Positions 47,655 to 57,393 of a DNA stretch of 64,000 nucleotides are shown piece by piece; position 1 is the first letter of the stretch; the number at the start of each line of letters is the position of its first letter. Source of the stretch: Hyaloraphidium curvatum SAG 235-1 (Eukaryota; Fungi; Monoblepharomycota); NCBI GenBank assembly GCA_025558095.1, contig JAIVFI010000024.1, forward strand, positions 1 to 64,000. The letters run 5' to 3'. The position numbers and the translations under genes are program-made. The notes under the pieces are model-generated. The model had not been told where the DNA came from. It saw only the letters and a list, made by a program, of their open reading frames with translations, and did no database searches.

Positions 47655-49484
47655 ATGACGACGACGCCTCCGTCCGCGCCGTCGTCGCTGCCGCCGTCGC
47701 CCGACCGCGCTCCGCGGCGCGGCACCCTCGAGGCGCTGTTCGGGTGGGCGCGCGGGGCGCCCAAGAAGGACGACGGCGCGAACCCGTTCGTCGACGCGGC
47801 GCTGCGATCCAAGGGCGGCGACAGCAGGGTCGCAGATGCTGGAACCCCTTCGGCAGTCGTCGGGAGCCCGCCAAAAACGCCGGGATCGCCGGGATCGCCG
47901 GATTCAGCGGGGATTGGGGCGGCCCTGAGGGTCACCGAGCTCGTCGGCAAGCTGCGGTTCGCCGCCAAAATGGGTGCCGCGGAGGACAGGCGGGCGAGCG
48001 CGAGCTCGACGGGTTCGAACTCGCCGGCGGACTCGCCTCCGTTGCCTGCGCCACCGAACTTCGACCGCACGGGCTCGAGGAGTGAGTCGCCGGCCGACGC
48101 CCATGGGGCGGACGCTTCCGCTCTTCTTGGGGACCCGGAGCTCTGGAAAACCCTGCCGAAGCCGCCGCCGCCGACGCTGCCGCGGCAGGCGGGTCAATTC
48201 GATGCCATTGGCATCTTCATCGACGCCGGGACTCCCGAAAGGACGCCGCCGTCGTCCGACGCCAGCTCGGCCAACCCGTCGCAGGCCTCGTCGCCAGCGT
48301 TTTCCAACCCCCCCACGCTGCCGCGAAAGGACAGCCTGAGCGCAACGGCGGGGAGATCGTCGCCGGATGACTCTGCGGTAACGCCTGCACACATCGGCGA
48401 GCCCGCCCTGCCTCCGATCCTGCCGCGCAAGGACTCGATGTCGCACCTCTTGGGCACGCTTTCGCAGGTCTCGATCAGCGGCCTGGACCCGTCGGCCCCT
48501 TTGCCGCCTCTGGAATCTCTCCCCCGGCCCCGCTCGCCGCTCCGCGTCGACACCGGCCGCGCGCAGCAGGACAGTCAAAAGACCCTGGACGCCGCGGCTG
48601 TCCTGCGCGAGAAAGGCGACACCACGGCGCTGCGCGAGAAATCCGTCTCCAACGGGTCGATCTCCTCGATATCCTCGGCCTCGTCGGCCGCCTCGCGGAA
48701 GCCGCCGACGGTCTCGCCGCCTGTCCGCTCGCCGCCCTCGAGGTCGGCCTCGGCTTCCCCCCGCCCCGGCTTCTCCCCCCCCATGATGCCCGCCAGCATG
48801 CCCCTCTCCAAGCTCCCGCACCTCGTCGAACGCTCGATGGGCACCCCTTCCTCGCCCAACCCTTCGGGCTCGCCCATCCGTCCCCCCGTACGCCGCTACC
48901 AGACCACTGACCGGCATCCCGAGCACCTCTTCACCGACCCCGGCCCCTCCTCCGCCGCATCCACCCCGCGGGATGCTCTCTCGGACGAGGAGCAGGACCT
49001 CCTGGAGCGCCGCTTCGTCGCCCGAAACTACGCGGACCTCCCACCCTCCCAGCCCTCGGAGCCAACGGCGGGAGCGCACCAGCGGCACGGCTCCCTCGGC
49101 CGCGGGGCGCGCTCCTCTTCCTTCGCTTCGCTGCATCCCCCTTCCTCGGCGCTGTCCCCCCCGCACCCGCTCAACCGCAGCGTCTCGGTCGGCGGCCCCC
49201 CGCGGCCGGGCCACCGCAAGGCTCTCTCCGCGAGCAACGTCGCCTTCGACTCCCGCCCCGCCGAGGACGACGGCCTCCTGCACGGGCGCGGGGACGGGGA
49301 GCGCACGGACGGGACGGTGCGGAGGAGGGCGGCGCGGAGGAGCGTCTCGGCGCAGCCCGAGGGCAAGGAGGAGGGGGCAGAGGGGGGGATCAACATGCTG
49401 CTGAGGAGCCCGGGGGCGGATGATCTGCTGGGGGCATACTACGGGGAGCTGGACGATCCCAACACGGACGACGAGGAGATGTAG
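47655..49484 (+). CDS. Ser/Pro-rich disordered hypothetical protein
   Basis: ~610 aa single ORF with repeated PPTLPR(K/Q) motifs; head-to-head with the previous gene (~100 bp gap). Confidence 0.6.
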   Translation: MTTTPPSAPSSLPPSPDRAPRRGTLEALFGWARGAPKKDDGANPFVDAALRSKGGDSRVADAGTPSAVVGSPPKTPGSPGSPDSAGIGAALRVTELVGKLRFAAKMGAAEDRRASASSTGSNSPADSPPLPAPPNFDRTGSRSESPADAHGADASALLGDPELWKTLPKPPPPTLPRQAGQFDAIGIFIDAGTPERTPPSSDASSANPSQASSPAFSNPPTLPRKDSLSATAGRSSPDDSAVTPAHIGEPALPPILPRKDSMSHLLGTLSQVSISGLDPSAPLPPLESLPRPRSPLRVDTGRAQQDSQKTLDAAAVLREKGDTTALREKSVSNGSISSISSASSAASRKPPTVSPPVRSPPSRSASASPRPGFSPPMMPASMPLSKLPHLVERSMGTPSSPNPSGSPIRPPVRRYQTTDRHPEHLFTDPGPSSAASTPRDALSDEEQDLLERRFVARNYADLPPSQPSEPTAGAHQRHGSLGRGARSSSFASLHPPSSALSPPHPLNRSVSVGGPPRPGHRKALSASNVAFDSRPAEDDGLLHGRGDGERTDGTVRRRAARRSVSAQPEGKEEGAEGGINMLLRSPGADDLLGAYYGELDDPNTDDEEM

Positions 49485-49836
49485 GGATGGAAGCGGCTCG
49501 GTGGAAAGGGGCGGGGTGCGGTTGATGTGGATGAGGCGGCGGGTGGGCTCGGTGGTGGACAGGTGTACTGATCTGGATGAAAGAAGCTCGACTCGCGGCT
49601 TATTTGCTGCTGATCCCGCGCCGGCGGCACATGTCTGGCCACCGGAGTTTCGGCAAGCCCTGACTCACAGCCGCTCCGCGCTTACCAAGCTCGCTTCCAA
49701 GCAACAACCCGCGCCCGCCGTCCCCGAAAACCACCACCTCTCACAATCAAACCAAGTCGCCGCGCTGGCGACCCTTCTGAAGCACCTCCCACGCCTTCCG
49801 GCCCTTCACTCCCTCTCCCTCTCCGCGCGTCCCGCG

Positions 49837-51843
49837 ATGGCGTCCGCCGAACAGCGCGCGCCGCTCACCATCGTCGCCGTCGGTGGCGTGGCCGGTGGCT
49901 CCACGGCCGCCACGAAAGCCCGCCGCGAGAACGAAGATGCGAGAATCATAGTCCTTGAGAAGGGACCTCACATATCGTTTTCCAACTGTGGACTGCCGTT
50001 CTACCTCGGTGGAAAGGTTAGGATCGTCCGGAAGCTCCCTGACACCGTCCTCTGATCTTCTACGATAGGTCGGCTCGAGGGACAAGCTGTTCCTGACTAA
50101 CCCAGCCAAGATGCACAATCGCTATGGGATCGAAGCGTGCCCTAATCACGAGGTGGTCAGCATCGACCGCAAGGCCAAGGTCGTCACCGTCAAAACTGCC
50201 GAGGGCATCGAGACGGTCGAGTACGACAAGTTGATCCTGTCACAGGGCGCCGACGCTATCGTGAGCCGCGCTTTTCCCTCCTTCTGGATTCCTTTTCTGA
50301 CCTCGGCCACCGGATCACAGATCTCCGGCAACCTCCCCGGCGTCCACGCGTCCAACGTCATGCCGCTCAAGACGGTCCCCGACGCCGACCACGCCATGGC
50401 GCTGATCCACAAGCTGCTGCCCAAGGGCGGCGCCGCCGTGAAACGGCCCGAGGACAGGCCGCACGCGGTGATCGTGGGGTGCGGCTACATCGGGCTCGAG
50501 GTGGCCGCCGAGTTCCTCGAGATCGGGATGCAGGTCACCTGCGTCGACCTCGTGCCTCAGGTGGGGTGAACCAGCTCCGATTGGCGACCATGCTCACTTC
50601 TCTGCCCCGCGCGACAGGTCCTCCCCACGTTCGACCCGGACATGGCGCAGTACGTCGAGCGCCAGCTCCGCGCAAAGGGCGTCGACGTGGTCCTCGGCGA
50701 CGGCGTCAAGTCCTTCGTCACCGAGACCCACGAGGTCGACGGGCAGCAGGTCGAGGTGGCCACGGCGATCGAGCTGACCAGCGGCCGCAAGATCGAGTGC
50801 GACATCGCGATCCTCTCCATCGGGGTCAAGCCCGACACGAGCCTCGCACGAGCGGCGGGGCTGGAGATCGGGCCCACGGGCGGGGTGGTGATCAACGAGT
50901 TCTGCCAAACCGTGACGGACCCCGACGTGTACTGCACGGGCGACATGGCCGAGATCACGCACCTCCTGACGGGCAAGAAGGTCCGCATCGCGCTGGCCGG
51001 GCCGGCCAACAAGATGGGCAGGGTGGCGGGGGCCAACGCCGCGGCGGAGAAGCCGTACCTGAGGTTCCCGGGCGCGCTGGGCACCTCCATCATCGGCGTG
51101 CTGGGAGTGACGGCGGCCATGACCGGGCTGTCGGAGAAGCAGTGCGCCAAGGAGGGGATCGATTACGGGGTCGCGATCGCCCACGCCAACAACCACACGG
51201 GCGTCTACCCGGGGGCGAAGCAGATGCACATGAAGGTGCTGTTCGAGGAGAAGTCGGGCAGGCTTCTGGGCGCGCAGGCGGTGGGCGAGGCCGGCGTCGA
51301 CAAGCGGTTGGTGGCATCCTTCCCGCCCGGAAACGTCAACCTGCTGACCGCGTTCGTCGCAGAATCGACATAATCGCGACCGCGCTGTACGCGAAGCTCG
51401 CCATCCACGACCTCGAGGACCTGGACCTCGCCTACGCCCCGCAGTACGGCGCCGCCAAGGACCCCGTCAACATCCTCGGCTGGGTGGCCAGCAACGTCCG
51501 CACGGGCTACCTCCGCGCGTCGACCTATCCCGAGATGGTCGAGACTGTGCGCGCCGCCGGCCCCGGTGCGACGCAGTTCATTGACGTTCGCGATGCGGAC
51601 GAGGTGGAACGGGATGGGGTGCCCAAGGTGCCCGACCCGCAGGCGAAATGGGTTCACATCCCCGTGGACACGCTGCGGCACAAGCTGGCGGAGCTGGACC
51701 CCAAAAAGCCGGCGTACCTGCTTTGCCATTCGGGCCTGCGGTCGTACCTCGGCTGCCGCATCCTGATGCAGCACGGGTTCGACGCGATCAACATCCAGGG
51801 GGGGATGCTGCAGGTGCCCGTCGACGACAGGTCGAAGCTCTGA
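49837..51843 (+). CDS. CoA-disulfide/persulfide reductase-rhodanese fusion (CoADR-RHD/Npsr-like), PTS1 -SKL
   Basis: GGVAGG, SFSNCGLP (redox Cys), VGCGYIGLE, YCTGD, ALAGPANKMG, GVDKRID, LAYAPQY..AKDPVN; rhodanese DVR..HIP..CHSGLRSY..GG; C-terminal SKL. Confidence 0.9.
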
Positions 51844-52167
51844 TTCCCGATATCTAGACTGTACAGCCCGGCAAACATAGATCACGCCCTGAAAATGGTC
51901 ACATTGTCGATGATGGCTACCGTCTAATCAAACGGCACGAACTTTCCCGCCGTCAGCTTGCTACAACAATAACAGAGGAATGCTTTGGAAGCCCTGCGGG
52001 CGGAGTTGAAGATGGCGCAAGGGCAAACCAGGGTGCGGTCGTTTCGCCGCTCAGGCGAAACCCGCGCAGGATCTCCGCATAAATGCCGCGGGCCAGTCAT
52101 GGCGCCGGCAGAGAACACTCTACGAAATCCGATCTGTGCCTGAAGCAGCTTCCCGTGCTCCGGCACA

Positions 52168-55100
52168 ATGAGCGACCCCACTGCCCCCGTCTCCCAGGCG
52201 TCGCCCGCCGTTGAGACGCACGTTGCCGTTCCCGACGCCCCCGCGGCCGCCGCCACGGCGGTGCTCACCCTCGACGGGCTCACCTGCGCGGCGTGCGTCA
52301 ACGCCATCGAGGAGGCGCTGTGCGCGCTGCCCGGCGTGCGCTCCGCCGCGGTCACGCTGCTGCCCGGCCAGCGCGCGACCGTCACCTACGACACCGCCGA
52401 GGTCGGCACGGACAAATTAAGGGAGGCCGTTGAGGATGTTGGATACGAGGTCCTGCGGGTCGAGGACGCCGGGGACGGCTCGTCTGGCCTGTCAACGATG
52501 AGGCTCGAAGTCTCCCTCGGCGACGGGACATCGGACCCCGGCATCGCGGCCCAGGCGGTCGCCGACGCCCTTGCCAGGCTGCCTGGCGTGCACTCGGCTT
52601 CCGTCGAGGTCGGTCCTGGCAAGCACGGGAAGGCGAAGCGCCGCGGACCGGCCGTGGTCAGGATCCAGCACGAGGCCGCCCTCGTCGGCGTGCGCTCCCT
52701 CATCCGGGCCGCCGAGGCCGCCGTGCCCAAGCTCCGTGCCAGCCTCGCATCCTCACCCAAAACCCAGTCGAACCGCCACGAGCTCTGGGCCCTGATCGCG
52801 GCCGGCGCCATCGCGGCAACCACCTTCGTCGTCGCCATGCTAGGAATGATGATCCTGCCCCCGAGCAACCCCTTTCGCGCGGCACTCGAGACCATGGTCG
52901 GCGGCGTGCAGGTCGGGGTCATAATCACCTGGGCGCTAGCGACCGTCATGGAGTTTGGCATCGGCTGGAGGTTCTGGCACGGGGCGTGGAACTCGCTCGT
53001 CCATGCACACACCGCAAACGTGGGTCGACCTGGGCCATTTGTTTTCCGTCATTGCTGACTCTTTGGCCACCGCAGATGGACGTCCTCATCGTGCTCGGCA
53101 CCGCCGCGGCCTACTTCTTCTCCGTATACGCCGCCGCGCAGGGCATCGTCGTGTACTACGACGCCCAGGCCGCCGCCGCCGCCGCGCCGCCGCCCAACAT
53201 GCACGACCATGGCGTGAGCACGACGCCGCAGACACCAGAGCCGACGATGTACAGCCACGACTCGTTCTTCGAGGCCAGCACCTTCATCATCTTCTTTGTC
53301 CTGCTGGGAAAGTACCTTCAGCACGTGGCTACAGGTGGGCTACTTCCTCTCCGTCTCGGTGCATGCAGTTCCTGATCACTTCGCTCTTCGTTTGCAGACA
53401 GAACCTCGGAAGCCATCACCAAGCTCCTCTCTCTACAACCTGCCACCGCTCTCCTCACCTCTCGCGACCCCTCCCAGCCCGACACCGAGCTTTCGGCCTC
53501 CCTCCTCGAGGTTGGTGATCTCCTCAAGATCCTCCCCGGCGCCTCCATCCCCGCCGACGGCGTCGTCGTCCGCGGCACCACCCACGTCGACGAGGGCATG
53601 CTCACCGGCGAACCCGTTCCCGCCGCCAAGGGACCCGGGGACAGGGTGTACGGCGGCACCGTCAACACCGGCGGCCTGGTGGTCGTCTCCGCCACCCGCG
53701 TCGGCGGGGACACGGCGGCGGCGCGGATCGCGGACATGATCGCGCAGGCGCAGTCTTCCCGCGCCGGGATCCAGGGCACCGTGGACGCCGTGGCGAGGTG
53801 GTTCGTCCCCACCGTCGTCGCCGTCGCCGCGATCACCTTCCTCGTCTGGATGCTGGTCCCCCTGGCCCCCGGCCAGCCGCGGACCAAGCTCGCGTTCGAG
53901 TTCGCCATCTCGGTGCTGGTCATCGCGTGCCCGTGCGGTCTCGGACTGGCGGTGCCGACGGCGGTGATGGTCGGCACGGGGGTCGCGGCGCGGCTGGGGA
54001 TCCTCGTGGGCGGGGGCGGGTCGGCGCTCGAAGCCGCGCACAAGGCCGAGGCTTTCGCGTTCGACAAGACGGGGACGCTGACGGTCGGCAGGCCCGAGGT
54101 GGTGGATGCCGAGGTGGTTCTCCCCGAGTCGGGACCGCTGGCGGGGACTCTGATCGAGTGCGATGCGTGGAAGCTGGCGGGGGAGGTGGAAGCGTCGAGC
54201 ACGCACCCGCTGGCGCGCGCGGTGGCCGAGGCGGCGGCGGAGCACCTGACTTCCCCGCACTGCACCTCGCTGGACAACGTGAGCGAAGCCTCCGATTCGA
54301 CGGTCAACGCCGAGGCGCCCTCGACGACTCCGGGGAGGACGATAGGATCGGGTTTGGTTCTCGGCGGGCGGTACGCTGTCGGGGAGGTCAGCGAGATCCC
54401 TGGGCGCGGCCTCTTGGCGCTGCTCCGGCTCCGCCCTGACAAGTCATCATGCGACCTACCGGAGCGGCTCACCTGCTTTGCCGGCAACGAGGCCTGGATG
54501 CTCGACAACGGCATCCCCTTCCCCCCCGCGATCGCCTCCCGCGCCTCCGCCTGGCGCGCCGACGCCCGCACCACCGTCTTCCTCGGCATCGCCGGCCACC
54601 CCGCCCTCGCCGCCTTTGCCGTCGCCGACCGCATCCGCCCCGACGCCCGCGCGCTCGTGGACCACCTCCGCTCGCACGGCAAGGAGGTCGCCATGCTCAC
54701 GGGTGACCACGCGGCCACCGCGGCATCGGTCGCCGCCGCGCTCGGGATCCCTGCGGACAAAGCAATCAGCGGCCTCCGGCCCGAGGACAAGGTGTCGGTC
54801 GTGGACGGATTGCAGGCGGGGCCCGACGGGGCGAAGAGGGTGGTGGCGTTCGTCGGGGACGGGATCAACGACGCCGTTGCGCTGGCCAGGGCCAACGTGT
54901 CGATCGCCATGGGCACGGGGTCGGACGTCGCGGTGTCTTCGGCGTCGGTGGTGCTCATGCAGCCCTCGCTGTGGGGCGTCGCGGTGCTGGTGGACCTTTC
55001 CGGGGCGGTGTTTCGCCGCATCTGGATCAACCTCTTCTGGGCGTTCGCGTACAATGTCGTGGGGATACCGATCGCGGCGGGGGCGCTGTACCCGTTGGGG

Positions 55101-55223
55101 GTGAGGCTGCAGCCGTGGATGGCGGGCGTGGCGATGGCGGCGAGCAGCGTGAGCGTCGTGGCGAGCAGCCTGCTGCTCAAGCTCTACAGGGCGCCCAAAT
55201 TGCCTGTAGCGCCGCAGCTTTAG
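52168..55223 (+). CDS. P1B-type copper-transporting ATPase
   Basis: HMA GLTCAAC, NMDVL, TGEP, ACPCGLG, DKTGTLT, HPLA, TGD, GDGINDA, YN, MAASS. Confidence 0.93.
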
Positions 55224-55291
55224 CACGGTTCTGTAGCGTTTCGTAGAGGGTTGATTCACCTGAAAGATGGATCGCCACCCAAAACATGCAC

Positions 55292-55395
55292 GGGGGCTTC
55301 TCGGTGGCCGGCGGTGAATCCCGGTCGGAAAGGACGCACGCAGCCGCATCGAAGACGAACATAGTCGGCGGTACGGATTTTCTGTTCGTTCCCGC
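55292..55395. repeat. Solo copy (copy 4) of the conserved motif plus ~40 bp of cassette upstream sequence
   Basis: Reverse complement reads CGATGCGGCTGCGTGCGTCCTTTCCGACCGGGATTCACC..GAGAAGCCCC; the flank gtcggcggtacgga resembles gtccgcggcacgga upstream of paralog A. Confidence 0.7.
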
Positions 55396-55507
55396 TTGCC
55401 GCGGAGACCACCATCTGTTGCACGCGCATGGGGTTGGGGGACGAAGGCAAGCTGAAGCCCAGGGCTGGCGGCCAATGGTTCGATTGACGAATGTGCCCGC
55501 CTCCCGC

Positions 55508-56674
55508 TCACGGCCACCCGTCCTCCCCGAACCCCACCCTCTCCCCTTCTTCGGGTCCCACGTCGCACCACACCACGTTCCCCACGCTCCTCCACGACGC
55601 CATCTCCTCCGCCGCGCCCTCCCACGCCGCCCGCTCCGCCCGCACCACGATCCTCCCCACCCGCTCGGCGATCTCGGGCACGTACCGCATCACCTCCCTC
55701 CCCAGCGCCGGCCTCGGGCGGTGGAGCACCATTTCCCCCAGCCCGCGCGGCGGGTCCCACAGCGGCGGCACGTCCGTGTCGGGGCCGTCGAGCTCCACGC
55801 GCCGCAGGCCGGGCTGCGCGCGGCGGAAGCGAAGCCATTCCGAGACCTCCATCGAGGTCCACGCGACGGACCACATGCGGGGGTCCGGCACCCACGAGTA
55901 GATGCGCACGCTCTCGAGGGCGAGGGAGGGGAGCTCGGCGAGGTAGGAGAGGCGGTCCACGGGCCAGCAGAGGTGCCGGAGCTTGGGGACCAGGGCGGGG
56001 GGGAGCTCGCGGGCGGGCAGGCGGCACCAGAGGTAGACGTCGCGCAGGTGCGACAGGTGGGCGAGGGCGCGCAGGGGGACCCGCTCCGGGGCGCGCCGCA
56101 CCGCGACGGAGAAGTCCAGGCGCGCCACGGAGGGCGGCAGGTCGGCCAGCCGGGAAACATAGGACCCCGCGGCCGGCGAGTTTGGGTGCGCGGGGGCGGC
56201 GGCCGCCATGAGCGCGGCGGCGGCGGCGTCGGCGAGGATGCTGACGCGCTCGAGCCGCGGGGCGCCGGCGTGCCGCGCGAGCTGCCACGCGATCGCGTCC
56301 TCGCCGGCCGCAAAGTGCAGCCGCAGCGACAGCAGCCCGGGGAGACACCGCCGCAGCACGTCGGCGCGCGGCCGCGCCCACTCGGCGTCCGCGCCCGGCG
56401 GCCGCCAGATGGCGAGGTGCCGCACGTGCCGGAACTTGTCCGCCCGCAGCGCATCGCGGCTAAAGTCCAGGACGGACGCGTCCGGCGCGCCGCCGAGGTC
56501 GACCGCGAAAAGCAGCGCAGGCAGCCCGCTGCCGTACGACACCCGCGAGCAGCAGCACAGGTCGAGCAGCGTGCGCCGCCAGCCCCGCGCCGCGAGCCGC
56601 CACGCCACGGCCGCGAGCAGCTCCGGCGGCAAAACGGGTTCGCAGGGCGGTTCGGAGGGCTCGGAGGCCTCCAT
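55508..56674 (-). CDS. F-box-like/LRR-like protein, single exon
   Basis: LPPELL..RRTLLDL N-terminus followed by degenerate Leu-rich repeats (VRHLAI, LPGLLSLRL, LSHLRDV, PKLRHL). Confidence 0.65.
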   Translation of the reverse strand: MEASEPSEPPCEPVLPPELLAAVAWRLAARGWRRTLLDLCCCSRVSYGSGLPALLFAVDLGGAPDASVLDFSRDALRADKFRHVRHLAIWRPPGADAEWARPRADVLRRCLPGLLSLRLHFAAGEDAIAWQLARHAGAPRLERVSILADAAAAALMAAAAPAHPNSPAAGSYVSRLADLPPSVARLDFSVAVRRAPERVPLRALAHLSHLRDVYLWCRLPARELPPALVPKLRHLCWPVDRLSYLAELPSLALESVRIYSWVPDPRMWSVAWTSMEVSEWLRFRRAQPGLRRVELDGPDTDVPPLWDPPRGLGEMVLHRPRPALGREVMRYVPEIAERVGRIVVRAERAAWEGAAEEMASWRSVGNVVWCDVGPEEGERVGFGEDGWP

Positions 56675-56787
56675 CGGGGCGATGCGCGGGACTATAAATA
56701 AGCGGTTCTTCTCAGAAGTCTCGCGAACCCCCTGAAGCAGGCCGGCTCCCCCTGATCGCTCAATAATCGCATTGACGATCGATGCAT

Positions 56788-57125
56788 CTACTTGGAAATG
56801 TACTCCTCCAGCTTGAAATCCTTGATGTACAGGACCATCTCGCCCCCCGACCCCACGACCGCGAACGCCTGCCCCCTGACGTCCTCGTCCTCGATGCACC
56901 GCACGAACAAGTCCACCAGCTTGTCCATGGGCACCCAGCCGCCCAGGTTCTCGTACCACGGCTTGAAGACGGGGTGCTGCTGGACCTGCTCGGGGGAGGT
57001 GCACTGGAACGGCGGCCCGTCATTGGCGGCACGGCAGATGGGCAGACAAGGCCCCCATTCCGGTCAAGATGCTCGTGTACGTCAGCCCGGGAAGCACCGC
57101 GCCGAACCGGATCTTGGATGGCCGA
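56788..57125 (-). pseudogene. Orphan 3' fragment of an SDR-like gene
   Basis: KIRFGAVLPGLTYTSIL then, after an intron, ..GWVPMDKLVDLFVRCIEDEDVRGQAFAV..*; there is no room for a Rossmann N-terminus before the next gene. Confidence 0.5.
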
Positions 57126-57393
57126 GTGCGTGGCGGCGCTGGTGGGGCCGCTGCCGACGAAACTGTAAGCCACCTTCGGCGTGGGCAGATGCGAGGCACA
57201 TCGACTTTAGGGGGTTAAGGCATGGACTGGCGACGAATCACATTAACGAGGAGCCAGCTGGTTCCGTAGATCTCTGGACCCTACGGGTGCCGGCGCCGAA
57301 GGGCAGGATAGGCCAAAAAGTTAGCTTTACGAGTGAACACAAAAGCACGTTCTAGCAACGCGCACTTCTAGCTAAGCAACCGCTGTGATCTCA

